A DNA stretch of 64,000 nucleotides from Mobula hypostoma (GCF_963921235.1 NC_086107.1:98706001-98770000), one strand, 5' to 3'. Shown: positions 1 through 13,148, counted from the first letter of the stretch. The notes: a model not told the origin generated them from the sequence alone. Numbers and translations: made by a program.

Positions 1-299
1 AAAGTTAAAATCACGGCATATCCCTATTACAGCCACGTATTCGTTCTCGAACCTGTGTCATATTCCCACTTCACCGGCCGAACGTGATGGCGATGGCTCC
101 CTTCGGTAAACAGGTTGGATCGATTTAGCTCACGGTTCGATGGAGTGAGGGAAATCTAAAACACATGTCGGGAACTTGAAAGAAAAGAAAGAAAACCAGT
201 AGGGCCCTGCTGAGTATCTTCACCGTTTCCCGTTCCAATTTCGGTGACCCGATTATTTTGGTTTAAATTCTCCGAACTACCGAGCAGTTCTGAATGATA

Positions 300-1250
300 C
301 CGGCGGCGGTCTGACTCTTCCGTACCACGTGATGCCGGGGGGGCGGCACCGGTGCTGTAGTACCACGGGATACGGGATACACGGCGGCGCTTGCGCTGTA
401 GTACGGGAGATGGTGCTGCAGTACCGCGAGTTACCGAGGGGTGACGCTGCTGCCGCAGACTCGCGTTATTCCCGAGGGCGATGGTGCTCCAGTACCGCGG
501 AATGCCGGGGGCGGCGCTGTTGCTGCCGCCGCCGTTGCGGCGGTACCACGTGACACAGCGGGGGAACCGGAAGTGGTGCCAGGCGCTGCCGAGGCTCCGG
601 AGCCGCTCCCATGGCGACCCGTGCGCTACAGGAATGGGCCCGGCGGCAGGTCGACGGCTACCCCGGCGTGGAGGTGAAGAACATGACCTCGAGCTTCAGG
701 GACGGCCTCGCCTTCTGTGCCATCATCCACCGGCACCGGCCCGACCTCATGTGAGTGCCCGAGGTGGGGACACAGCGAGCGGAGACGGGGGTCTGTCGGG
801 TGGTGAGGGGCCAGCGGGAGGGTGAGGGGATCAGGCGGACAACGAGGGGTCCGCAGCGAGGAAGTCAGCACGACCAGCGCTGGTTTCTTCCAGCCGCGGG
901 GTCGAGCGGCTGGTTATGTGACGGTGAAGAAGTCATTCATTGCCAGTGTCTGGTTGTGGCTCTGCCGCAAGCGGGGTCTCTCGGCTGGGCAATGAACCGA
1001 TTCGGCTGGCCACGGTCGCAGTCTGGAAGGTCCCTCGTGTTCCACCAGTCGAATAGGCGACCACGACTTCTGCACCCGTCTGACGACTGTGTTTTCCCTG
1101 CTGTTAAACCCTGGGTTGATCGGTGTTGCCATCAATTTGTTTTCGTTGTGTTACCGTGGCTGTAGAATTTCGGACGGGTGCGCAGGTTTTTACGGTGCTT
1201 TGCTGAGCGTCAAGTTGGCGGAGTGTTCTCCCTGCGCTGCAGTGTAGAAC
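300..1250. promoter_or_regulatory. CpG island / promoter and first exon region of the MICAL-like gene
   Basis: Very GC- and CpG-rich against a CpG-depleted background. E-boxes CACGTG at 326-331 and 547-552 (CACGTGAC) and an ETS-type CCGGAAGTG at 567-575 lie just upstream of ATG 611. Confidence 0.8.
611..750 (+). CDS. MICALL1: MICAL-like protein 1, coding exon 1 (CH domain N-terminal part)
   Basis: ATG in cccATGG context. Translates [46 protein letters not shown](I), a type-2 calponin-homology motif. Ends at a GTGAGT donor, phase 2. Absent from the ORF track. Confidence 0.9.
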
Positions 1251-1693
1251 TCGAGATGTTCTCGCTCCCCGGGGATGGTTATCTGTGGAGACTTCACAGT
1301 CAGATGAGCATATCGACACCGTGCTGTTGGTGTCGCTGCCATTTTCCCCGTGCAAGATTCACCCTTACCTTGAATCTGATGTTCTGTAGAGTCAGGGCAC
1401 TGTTGCCAAGTTACTCCGATGGTGGAGCCGGGTGACTAGCCAACACCGACTGCATGTGATGAGACCTTTGTTTCAGGTTGCTCATCTAAAACAACCGGCT
1501 GCAGAGTGTTTGTTGAAGTAAAATTCCAGTGTGTTTTTCAACACCCTATAATTTGTTACCTTGGTAACCTGAGGCCAGGTTTTTAGCAGATTTAAGTGTG
1601 CAGGAGAGAAGTCAGTTTAAGAGGGCCAGTTCCAGAGCTGAGTGTATTCGGATGGCTGATTTGATCACGAATGTTCACAGGGAACTGTTCTAT

Positions 1694-1735
1694 AGACAGA
1701 CAGAGAGAGAGAGACACACACACACACACACACAC
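1694..1735. repeat. (GA)n(CA)n microsatellite
   Basis: Directly visible dinucleotide runs. Confidence 0.9.
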
Positions 1736-1759
1736 CCACGCCCGCCCACCCACCCCTAC

Positions 1760-1978
1760 CTGGAGGAACTCAGCAGGCCTGGCAACATCTATGGAAAAGT
1801 GTAAACAGTCGATGTTTCGGGCTGAGAGCCTTCATCAGGACTCATGAAGAAGGATCTCGGCCCGAAACGTCGACTGTTTACTCCTTTCCATAGTTGCTGC
1901 CTGGCCTGCTGAGTTCCTCCAGCATTTTGCATGCGTGGTGCTTTGGATTTCCAGCATCTGCAGATTTTCTCATGTTTG
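1760..1978. mobile_element. Palindromic Penelope-like terminal-repeat derivative with two opposed degenerate hammerhead motifs
   Basis: 1760-1922 is an imperfect inverted repeat. Minus strand reads AGTC-CTGATGA-AGGCTCTCAGCCC-GAAA-CATC-GACTG (1806-1842); plus strand reads ATGAAGA-AGGATCTCGGCCC-GAAA-CGTC-GACTG. Confidence 0.75.
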
Positions 1979-2661
1979 TGACTGTTGTGTAGCCGATCAT
2001 GGAATTAATTATAGGGTGTTGACACAGAAGGTGATGTAGGGGGAGCTTCAGCAACTTGACTGTACGCTGCACCAGGCCACAGACACGAGTGAAGTCTGTG
2101 CTCAATACTTTTGGTGTTTCTAGAACCCAGTCCCTGAGTGATCATTTTGGGGCAGTTGTGCCTTCCGTGAAAATACCTGTTGTGAGGATATTGCAGCTGT
2201 TTGATCGGGCTCGGTCAGGTTTAGCAGTGTCACCCCAGGTCACCGAGAGCAAGGCGAAAGTACAATAGCTACCTCACTACCCTGGTTGTCAATGACGACA
2301 ATCTTGGAATTGAGCCCAACTGTTTGGGATGGTGTTGGTGTGGATGTTGGGTAACAAGTTTTCGAGTTATTTGCATCCACGTGGTTTGAGGCTCTACAGC
2401 AACTCTGGGTCGGTTCTGTCGGCTCCTGCTGGCTCACCCTGATTGCGTTGCCTTCCGAGAGCTGCTCGGTTGCTCTCGCAGCGGTGCGGAGAAGGTGCCT
2501 CGCCCATTCGTCAAGATTTGAAAGAGATGAGTACTCTTCAGGGGTCAGTGCTACTGGATGGTCGTATTGTCGGGAAGTTACGAAGGTTAGAGGTAAAAAG
2601 TAAGGTTTTTTCAAAGAAACATTCTAGCCCCCACATATGCGCAAACCTGGAAAATTGCATG

Positions 2662-3202
2662 CAGTTCTGTGCAAAAGTCTTAGGTAGGCACCTATCTACA
2701 GCTGGGGTGCCTGAGACCCTTGCGCAGTACTGTGTTTGTTAACTTGGAGCAGAGAGCAAGTTTGTCAATTTGGCGAGAACAAGGGATGTTGGGAATGGTG
2801 AGGGTGGGGCGCCAAAACAGGGATGTGGCACAAGTGACGGAGGAGAAGTGCCAGGGTCGGAGGTGTTGGAGTGGTTGCAGGCACACCCAGCCCTCAGACA
2901 CCAGGCAAGGTAATTTGATTCCTGACAATTGGCTTATTGATCATTACAGAATGTCTCTCTGGTGCTTCCTGCTCCCTCCCCTCTCACTTCCCCTTTTCCC
3001 AACCATGATTCCCCTCTCCCTGCCCCCTTCCCACTCTCAGTCCACAATAGAGACTCATATCAGAATCAGGTTTATCATCACTCACATATGTCTTGGAATT
3101 TGTTTTTTTTTGTGGCAGCAGTACATAAAATTACTACAGTACTGTACAAAAGTCTTAGCACTTTAGCTATATATATGTGCCTAAGATTTTTGCACAGTGC
3201 TG
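2662..3202. mobile_element. Composite Tc1/mariner-type MITE, copy 1
   Basis: Ends CAGTTCTGTGCAAAAGTCTTAGG ... CCTAAGATTTTTGCACAGTGCTG followed by TA; extra internal TIR copies; homologous to 3878-4387 and 46255-46788. Confidence 0.7.
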
Positions 3203-3877
3203 TATATTTTTAGATCTGTTTACAGCTTCGATTTATTACACAATTCTGAATATGGGCCTAAATGTGCTGTTAAGGATTTTATGGAGTTGCGGGAGGGATT
3301 TCAATGGAAGAGAGCCATTCTGTCTCTGACATTAGTATGACTTGTTTCATTGACGCTTTGATCTGGGAATAAAAAGGTAACAGTTTCCAAGTCCTGCCAT
3401 TGAAAGGGGTGAATGCAGTCTGTCTGCCTGTGAGGCTCTGTATTTCACTTTCACCCCCTGGGTCATTGCCACTCACTCTGGGATGGTTCTTTCTCACATG
3501 CCACTATTTTTGTGCCCTGCGCTTTCAGTTGTCTCCCCGTTCCACATCGGAGCAGCTTCTCTTTATCCGCCATACCTAAACCTGGTGTAATCTTGTTCAC
3601 CGCTATCAAATCTCCCTTCAGCCTTCGTCGCTGCATGGAGAACAACCCGACTTCTCTAGCCTGAACTTGTAGCACCAATTCCTCATCCCTGGAACCGGTC
3701 TGGTAAATCTCTCAAGGACCCCCTAATGATTTCTAAAGTTTGTCTATCTACATTTGTTGTTGAATAAAGTTTCTGCATAACTTCCTTACCTTTGTATTTG
3801 AGATCTCTCTTTCTGAAATCCATGATCCTTCAAGCCTTGCTGACTCCTGTCTCAGTATTTCCTGACACTTTCTGTGA

Positions 3878-4387
3878 CAGTAAAAGTCTTAGGGCACATG
3901 TGTATAGTTAGGGTGGCCTAAACTTCTGCTCAGTACTGTATTTGTGGAGCGGAGAGCAAGGTTGTAAATCAGGCAGGAGCAAAGGATGTTGGGAATGTGA
4001 GAGTGGGGCGCCGCGGGAGGGGTGTGGGTCAGAGGCGGCAGAGGAGTGCCGGGGTGAGGGGGTGGCACAGGTGCAGGCACACCTAACTTTGAGACACCAG
4101 GCACAATTGGTTCATTGATCATTACAGAGTGTCTCTCTGGTGCTTCCCACTCCCTCACCTCCCCTCTCCCTTCCCCTTTTCCCAACCACGATTCCCCTCT
4201 CCCTGCCCCCTTCCCACTCTCAGTCCACAATAAAGACCCATATCAGAATCAGGTTTAACATCACTCACATATGGCATGAAACTTACTTGTTTTTGCATCA
4301 GCAGTACCGTACAATACATGAAATTACTACAGTACTGTGTAAAAGTCTTAGCTGTATAGATATGCCTAAAACATTTGCACAGTATTG
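3878..4387. mobile_element. Composite Tc1/mariner-type MITE, copy 2
   Basis: Same core and TIR hairpins as 2662-3202; left TIR partly deleted. Confidence 0.7.
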
Positions 4388-5964
4388 TGTGAACATGACA
4401 CCTCAGTCCCTTTGCACTGTGCTATTAAGCCTGTATTGCTTCTCCACATCCCTTCTAGCAAAATGTGATGATGGTTCATTGTTGGCATATGTGTCAAGGT
4501 ACATTGAAAATGTGTCAAATCATTACACAGTGCATTGACGTAGTACGAGGTAAAACAATAACAGAATGCAGAAAGATAGTGTTACAGTTGCAGAGAAGGT
4601 GCACTCCAGCAGACAAAGAGTGCAAGGTCGTAACCAGATAGATTATGAGGTCAAGGGCCTAATCTTCTTTTACTAGAGAATGGTCAGATAGTCTAATAGC
4701 AGCAGGGTAGAAGGTGCTTTGAGGCTGGTGGAGCATGATTCCAGGCTTTTGTATCTTTTGCCCAATCAGGGGAGAGAGAAGAGAGTATATTCAGGGTGGA
4801 TGTGGTGTTTGAGTATGATCGTTGCTTTACTGAGGCAGCGAGAAGTTTAGAGACGGACGGGAGGCTGTTTTTGGTGATGTTCCAAGCTCTGTCTGCATCT
4901 CTGCCGTTTCTCGTAGTTGTTGGCAGAGCCGTTGTCGTAGGATGCATCTGGGTCGGATGCTTTCTACGGTGCATCAATAAAAATTTTCCTTTGTGGGATG
5001 GGAGGCAGTCACTATGCAGAACCTGGTGGAGGGTCTCAGCCCGAAACGTTTATTCCCTTCCATAGATGCTGCCTGACCTGCTGAGCTCCTCCAGCACCTT
5101 GTGTGCATTGCTCTGGATCTCCAGCATCTGCAGTACCTCCTGTGTCTAAAGTTAGAAGTAAAGTTGTTAAATATATTCAGCCGATCAGGTTATATCTGAA
5201 AGTTACACGTTTAACTTGATGTTTCACCAGAGTTGGTGAAAAGTTATCAACCCGATCCTTAACCCTTTCTTTCCTCAGACACTGATTTGGTTTTTTCCAG
5301 AACTTCTTTGCTTCAATTTCAGATTTCTGGTGTGGGTGGTATTTTGTAGTTATGGAGAAGATCAAATTAATGAGGCAGTGAATAACTGACGCCTGGTGTT
5401 GGTTATTGAGGTTTGCACGTTATAGCTGAAGGGAGGGGAGCCGTACCATTAATTTGAGCCAGGTTAGGCCAGATTCCAATGTACTGAGTCTAGGTGAGGG
5501 GTAACCTGCAAAGAGAAGTACTTTGTCTCTTCAGAGGAATAAGAAAGCTGAGAGGAACAAGGGACTGACTGTGATATGATTTATAAAGGTTGCTTGGGTT
5601 TGCCAAATGCTATGGGAGGGGTTGAGGAAAGGAGGCTTTGGAAATGATGGCGCATTCAGAATTGTTTGACTTTGTACAAAACGCAAGCGGAAGGGAATTG
5701 CATTAGTGCAGTTTTACTGGACACAGTTATGGAAATTGAAGTTTTGTCTGTTTCAAACAGGATTGGGATTAAGTGCATTAACGGGCAAGAAGAGGAAAAT
5801 ATTCATGGGACATGCCGAAGAAAGAACACGGCATGAGCAGTGTTGAGCTAAAGGTTTACATCTTTTACATATCTCCTTCTGAAATCCACATCCATGCTTT
5901 TGTTAATTTCAAACTTGACCATTTCAATGCTTTCTTGGCCGGAATTCCACCTTCTCTAAAGTTC

Positions 5965-6370
5965 ACTTACTGCCCGTTACGCCGCTGGTGGTCGGGGCAG
6001 CAATGAAGGTCCTCCATCTCTGGTAGTGCTCAGAGCTTCCACTCAGGTTTTCACTACTGTCAGTCATACAAGCCCTGGGTAGAGATTCAGGAATACCATC
6101 GTACTCAGATGTAGAAGGATTTCTCATTGCTGTTTCTGTTACAATTGGTTTTTTTTGACCACTCAAGGTTGTTGGTCCCGAGCTGAAGCCTCAAACATGG
6201 AGGACCGGTCTCATAGTCCGGCCTCCACCTTTTGACCAGTTTGGCATGGTCGGCTCTACCGAATGCCAAAGCATGAAGCCCTGATTCCAGTCAACTTGGC
6301 TCGCTGGGTCAATGAGGCAGAGAAGCCTCCAAACCCTACAACACCAAGTTTGAGGCCCTCTTGGAGGCTC
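5965..6370. mobile_element. Interspersed ~400-bp repeat, probably a non-autonomous RTE-type retroposon (related copies ~12500-12870 inverted, 18060-18456, 63060-63466)
   Basis: Four clearly homologous copies sharing CAGGAATACC..GATGTAGAAGGA..CATTGCTGTTTC. Family assignment is tentative. Confidence 0.55.
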
Positions 6371-6802
6371 TAAAATTCAGCTCACATGAAAATCTGTCTG
6401 TGTCATGACATCTACCGAGTCTTGTCCTCAGCCTTGGTGATTTTTAAATTTTAACATTTGCATTGTTACATAAAATCTCTCTCCATATCCTTTTCTGTCC
6501 CTTTCTCTATAATAATTTTTAGACTCCCCAGCAATGCTAGATTCTTTGACACTGGATTTTTGTACATGTCCTGCAGTTCCTACCACTGTTGGCTGCTTGA
6601 CTGTAGTCTCCACAGTTTGAAGTTTAAATCTTTCATCTCTTTCTCCTCTGATTATCACATTTTGCCCCCCTCCCCACCCTGATCAGATGTCTGTGAAATA
6701 GTTCTTTGAAATCATCTAACATTTCACTGGATTGTGACCGAGGAAGCCATTCCTCCATTTTTCTCAAGTTGTGTCCAGCCTTTAGCATTGTTAACTTTAT
6801 CA

Positions 6803-7500
6803 GAATCAGGTTTAATATCACCAGCGTATGTCGTGAAATTTGTTAACTTAATTGCAGTACAATGCAACACATGATAAATTTGGAAAAACCTGTGAATTGT
6901 GGTAGTGTATGTATATTAAATAGCTCAACTAACTAAGTAGTGCAAAACAGAAATTTAAAAAAACAGTATTGAGGTAGTGTTCATGGGTTCAATGTCCATT
7001 CATAAATCAGATGGGAGAGGGGAAGAAGCTGTTCCTGAACCACTGAGTGTGCACCTTCAGGCTTCTGTACCTCCTCCCTGATAGTAACAATGAGAAGAGG
7101 GCATGTCCTGGGTGGTGGGAGTTTTTCGTGATGGATGCCACCTTCCCAAGGCACCTTGAAGATGCCCGTGATTGAGCTGAATAATTTTACAACTCGGCAG
7201 CTTACTTCAATTCTGTGCGGTAGCCTCCCCTCCCCATACCTATGGTGATGCAGAAAATGCTCCACGATACATCTGAGAAATTTTCCAAGTGTTTTAGGTA
7301 ACTCTAAATGAAGTATAGCTGCATTGATATATTGGGACCAGATTGGGTTCTCAGAGATATTGACACCCAGCAACTTGAGATTGCTCACTCTGTCCACTTC
7401 TGATCCCTCTATGAGGATTGGTGTGTGTTCCCTCGTCTTACCCTTTCTGAAGTCCACAATCAGCTCTTTGGTCTTACTGACGTTGAGCGAAAGGTTGTTG
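6803..7500 (-). mobile_element. Rex1/Babar-type LINE 3' fragment
   Basis: Minus-strand MDFRKGKTREHTPILIEGSEVDRVSNLKLLGVNIS (post-RT region) with frameshifts, followed by the family 3' tail (plus-strand CAGAATCAGGTTTAATATC). Confidence 0.75.
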
Positions 7501-8634
7501 ACTTTATCACCTTCTCATAATTGTTCTGCTTGGGTAACTGCACCTGTCTGGTTCCATTATTAACTATCCAGCAAACTGCTTGCAATGGACTTTCCTTCGT
7601 ATTCTCTTAACTTTGCTGCTATTGTCTTCCCAGGGCTGATCCTTGACTCCCTTCATCTTCCACTGGCCCTTAGGAATATCATTGGAAACCACTTAGAGTT
7701 CCACATGTATATTGATGACCACCGCCCCCTCATACATCCTCCAGTTCTGGATGCAAGTCATTTTCCTCCAGCTAGTTATTGGGAAAATCAAAGTTAAGTT
7801 ATTCAGTTGGCTTATTATTATCACATGTATCGAGGTACAATGAAAAACTTGTCTTGCATGCCATCCATACATTGCAAGTGTTAAAACACAATAGCAGACT
7901 GTGGAATAACCGTACAGTTGCTGAGGATGTGCAGTGCAGGTAGACAATAAGGTGCGAGGCCACATCAAGATTGATTGATTGTGAGCTCAAGCACCCTCTT
8001 AATCTTACAACAGCAAGGTAGAAGCTATCCTTGAGCCTGTTGGTATGTATTTGTTTCTTCTGTTTCTTCAGTCCAGTGGGGCGGCAGGAACAGGAGGGAA
8101 AGTCCAGGTGGGAGTAATTTTTGATTATGTTGTCTGCTTTACGGGGGCAGCAACAAGTGTAGCCAGAGTCCGTGGAGGGGAGGCTGGTTTCCGTGATGTG
8201 CTGAGCTGTGCACATATCTCTCTGCAATTCCTTGCAGTCACGGGCAGAACTGTTGCCATACAAAGCTGTAATTCACCAGCTAGTTAATGTCTTTGATTCC
8301 TGGCAAAAATCCTCTGCGATTGTTCCAGTGCTTTCCTTGTTTTTTTTCCCGGAAAACTGAACCAGACTGTTCACAATGCTGATGTAACGTTTCATCACAA
8401 AATGAGTGTCTGTCTGCATGTATGCACAGTCATTAAGAATGCATACTTCCACTTCTGTAATTGTATCTGACTCATACCTACCTCAAGCTTATCAGATGCT
8501 GAAAACCTTATCTTTGCATTTTTCCATTCGATGTTTCCAAAAGTGCCTCTGACCAGCTTCCCATTGTCAATCTACCACAAAGTAACATCAGCTGTGCGCG
8601 ATGCCCCCTCGACCCAAATGCATTTCACACAGAA

Positions 8635-11600
8635 TCCGAATCAGGTTTAATATCACCCACGTATGTTGTGGAATTTGTTGTCTGGTGTCAGCAGTACAGT
8701 GCAATAGATAAAATTCAGTAAGAAATACATTGAAAATAAATTTTAAAAGTAGTGCAAAAATGGCATGTATACATTTCTAAATGGTAATAAAAGAGGACTG
8801 AGTGTTCTCATCTAAAAATAGTGAGGTAATGTTCATGCAACACTCATAAAACGCTGGAGGAGCTCAGCAAGTAATCTTCATGGGTTGGTTCATTGTTCAT
8901 TCAGAAATTTGATGGCGGAGCGGAAGAAGCTATTCTGAAAATGTTGAATGTGTGTTTTCAGGCTCTGATTGTGGTGATGAGGAAAGCGCATGTCCTGGAT
9001 GATGAGGGGTTGGGGGGTGGGACCTTAAAGATAGATGCCATCTTTCTTTTCAAATCTTTTTATTGTATATATAGGAAAAATAACATGAGTACATCGAAGT
9101 AACAACACTTACAATGCCTCAAAAAAAACCCCATCATCTTAAAGATTGAAAACAAAATTTTGTGATAACAAAAAAGACCTACTGAGCAGAAAAGTGAGAG
9201 AAAAAAAAAAGAGAACCCATTAGGTGTACAACCCCAGAACCATGCATCATACAAAAAGCTTCTAAAAATAAACATCAAACCGCCAGCAAAAAAAGAAAAT
9301 ATACTAAAAAAAATTTACAATTAGATCGTGGAAAGATTATATCAATTAACTCAAATGATAATAACGAGCAAATGAGCCCCATCTTTTCTCAAAATCAAAT
9401 AAAGGTTCAAAGGTTCGACTTCTAATTTTCTCCAAACTAAGACATAGCATCACTTGAGAGAACCATTGTGAGACAGTGGGAGCTGATGTATCCTTCCACT
9501 TCAACAAAATGGCCCTCCTGGCTATCAATGTAACAAATGCAATAACATGTTGGTCAGACACAGAAGTACTATAAATATTTTGAGGAACTATTCCAAAAAG
9601 CACAGTTAATTTATTAGGTTGTAAATTAATTTTAAGTGCTTTAGAAATTGTTGAGAAAACCAACTTCTAGAACTGTTCCAATATAGAACAAGACCAAAAC
9701 ATATTTGTCAGTGTAGCTATCTCAGTTTTATATCTATCACAATGACTATCAACATTAGGAAAGATTTTAGAAAGTCTCTCCTTTGTCAAATGATAACGAT
9801 GTACAATTTTAAATTGAATCAATGAATGGCTAGCACAAATTGAAGAAGAGTTAACCAACTTCAATATCCGCATCCAATCCTCCGTCATAAAAGTCAAATT
9901 AAGTTCCTTTTCCCAATCCTGTTTAATCTTAGACAAAGGACGTTTATCCCATTGTAATAATAAATTATAAATTCTTCCAATATAACCCTTAATCAAAGGA
10001 TTCATACTCATAATAGTATCTAACAGGTCAGCCTCCAATATGTAAGGGAAATTACTTAAATATTTTTGTAAAAAATGTCTAACTTGAAGGTATTGCAGAA
10101 AGTGTGAGTATGAAAGAGAATATTTATCAATTAATTGTTCAAAGGACATCAATCTATCTTCTTTAAATAAATCCAAAAAAGAATTAATACTTTTATTTTT
10201 CCAAAGTAGAAAAATTGGATCACTCAAAGAAGGCTTAAAGTAATTTTGGTAAATTAAACTACAAAGTTTAAATTTTTTAAGATTAAAAAAATTGCGGAAC
10301 TGGAGCCAAATTTGTAAAGAATACTTAATCACAGGATATAGGTTTAAATTAACAACTTTACCTAATTGCATAGGTAAAGGAGCCCCCAATAATGAGGTTA
10401 AATAAAACTGTTTTACAACTTTTAGTTCCAGGTCTACCCAAACTGGCCGATCACTCTTATCAACCCAGTATAACCAAAAAGACATATATCGCAGATTAAC
10501 AGCCCAATAATACATTCTAAAATTAGGCAAAGCAAGACCTCCATCCTTTTTCAATTTTTGTAAATGACATTTACTAATTCTTGGTCTTTTATTATTCCAA
10601 ATAAAAGATAAAATAATAGAATCAATCTGATCAAAAAACTTCCTAGTCAAAAAAACAGGAATATTCTGAAATAAATATAAAAATTTCGGTAGAGTCATCG
10701 TTTTAACTATATGAATACGACCAACAAGTGAAAATGTAAGTGAACTGCATCTACTAAATAAATACTTCATAGAGTCTACTAAGGAAACAAAATTAGCTTT
10801 ATAAAGATCCTTATTTTTTTTAGTAATTATAATACCTAAATATCTAAAAGAGTCTGAAACTTTAAAAGGAGTATTATCATATTTAGAAACAGAATCATTT
10901 AAAGAAAACAATACACTTTTACTAAAATTAATTTTATATCCTGAAAAACCTCTGAATTCATTAAATAGTTTTAGCAGGGCAGGAATGGATTCATCAGGGT
11001 TAGATATATAAACCAATAAATCATCAGCATGAAGAGAGACCTTATGCATGGTCTCATTCACAAAGATCCCATGGATATTTTTAGCCTCATGAAGAGCAAT
11101 AGCAAGGGAGATGGATGCCATCTTTTGAGGCATTGCCTGTTGAAGATGTCCTCAGTGCTCCGGAGACAGTTGGCCGCGACGGAACTGGCTGAGATTGCAA
11201 CTTCCTTTGGCTTTTTCCGATCCTATGCAGTGGCTCCTCCATAGCAGGTGGTGATGCAGCCAGTTAGAGTGCTCTCCACAGTACATTTGTAAAACTTTGC
11301 AAGTGTCTTTGGTGACATATTAAATCCCCTCAAACTTCTAATGAAATACAGCCACTATCATGCCTTCTTCAGAACTTTTTCAATATTTTGAGCCCAGGAT
11401 AGATCATCAGAGTTGTTGACACCCAAGAACTTGAAACTATTCACCTTTTTCACTGCTGACCCCTCGACTATGACTGGTGTGTGTCCCTTTGACATACCCT
11501 TCCTGAAGTCCGCCATCAATTCCTTGGTCTTATTGCGGTTCAGTGCAAGGTTGTTGTTGTGACATCGCTCAACCAGCTGATCTGTCTCACTTCTGTACTC

Positions 11601-11900
11601 CTCTTCGTCACCATCTGAACCTCTGCCAACAATAGCTGTGTCATCGGCAAATTTATAGATGGTGTTTGAGCTGTGCCTGGCCACACAGTCATGGGTGTTG
11701 AGAGGGAGAAGCTCAAGCACGCATCTTTGAGGTGCGCCAGTGTTGATTGTCAGCGAGGAGGGGGGTGTTATTTCTGATTCGCACTGACTGTTTCTCTCAA
11801 TGAAGTAGTCAAGGATCCAATTGTAGAGGGAGGTACGGAGGCCCAAGTTTTGAAGCTTGTTGATTAGTACTGAGGGGATGATGGTGTTGAATGCTGGGTG
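8635..11900 (-). mobile_element. Rex1/Babar-type LINE fragment (RT: ..KFADDTAIVG..LNRNKTKELMADFRK) split by an L1 insertion
   Basis: ORF 11358-11846 carries RT motifs (TGAPQRCVL, FADD); the sequence resumes colinearly on both sides of 9046-11108. Confidence 0.75.
9046..11108 (-). mobile_element. 5'-truncated L1-clade LINE (ORF2 RT C-terminal half + zinc-knuckle region)
   Basis: ORFs 9667-11133 and 9346-9663 are in one frame split by a TAG. KVSLHADDLLVYI (YADD variant), GGLALPNFRMYYWA and MFWSC motifs; AATAAA/A-rich tail. 17-bp TSD AGAT(A/G)GATGCCATCTTT at 9029-9045 and 11109-11125. Confidence 0.9.
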
Positions 11901-13148
11901 CCTTCTTGCTGCTCACTGACCTGATTTGGCTCCTGGTAAAGCAACATATTTATTTCAGAATTCCCAAGTTCCATGGCCTTGCTCCTCTTCAGCAGCCTTC
12001 CTTTTGATACATCTTCATTTCTGGACTCTTGACTTTAATTGCTCCTCTGTACAGCAATGTCTCCTGCTGGTGGTGCTTGGAAATCTGCACCCGCCTCCCT
12101 AAGCACCTCTTCCATCCTTAAAACTCTCCTTTTGCTGATCCCTTTTTGATTTAAGCTTGTTGTCACCTTATTTTCTCCTCTGGGTTGGTTCCAATTTTTA
12201 TCTAATTACTTCCTTTCAAAATGTGTGGAACTTTTTCTGCTGTTTAAGATGCTAAAAAAAAACCCACAGATAAAGAAAGATTGGCGAGTACGAGGAAATC
12301 TGCAGATGCTGGCTGCCTGGCCTGCTGCGTTCACCAGCATGTGCGAGTGATGTTTTTCAAACGTTATACCACAGTTGTTGTTCGCAGCATATATAAATGA
12401 CTTGGATGAGAATGAGGATATGAATAGTAATTGTGTAGATGAGATCCTCCAAGAGAACCACAACCTTTTAGTTAGGTTTGGAGGCTTGCATTGCTCAATA
12501 ACCAAGAGAGCTATGTTGGCTGGAGTCAGGGCTTTATATTTTGGCTCTTGGTAGGATCACCCATGTTAATCAGGTCAGAGGGTAGAGGATAGGCTCAGAG
12601 TGGCCCACCGATTCTCCAGGTTCGGGGGTTCAGCTCAGGGCTAACAACCTTGACTGGTAAAACAGAAACTGTTACGGAAACAGCAATGAAGAACCCTTCT
12701 ACATCTGTGTGCGGCAGTATTCCCAAGTCACCACCCAAGACTTGCACGACTGACAGTGAACCGAGAGGAAGCTACTTACACGGTGACAGGAGCTGTGAAC
12801 GCCACCAGGGATGGAGGATGTCCACTGCTGCCCTAAGCACCTGCGGTGTTACCGGCAGAAGGAGAAGACGAGATGAATGGTGCAGCTATGGGCAGTGAAG
12901 GAGCATAGTGGGAGATAGATCAGCTGGGAAATTGGTTGTAATGGTGGCAGATAGAGATTAACTCAGACAAGGGTGAGCTAATGCATTTTGTGAGATCGAA
13001 TTTGGGTAAAGCATGGAGGAAATATCAGGAAGTCTTGACGTACGGAGAGACCTTGAGCTCCCTGAAGATGGACGGGGTAATGTAAAAAGCTTTGGAGGAT
13101 CATGTTGCAGCTGTACACAGAGACTCATTCCACCAAGGTGCAACACAG

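Noticed and set aside
1..300. Divergent neighbouring gene exon
   Set aside because: CpG-rich, but no recognisable ORF or exon could be supported.
329..1165. Several overlapping ORFs in the CpG island
   Set aside because: Stop-poor GC-rich sequence. The real coding frame is 611-750, ending at a splice donor.
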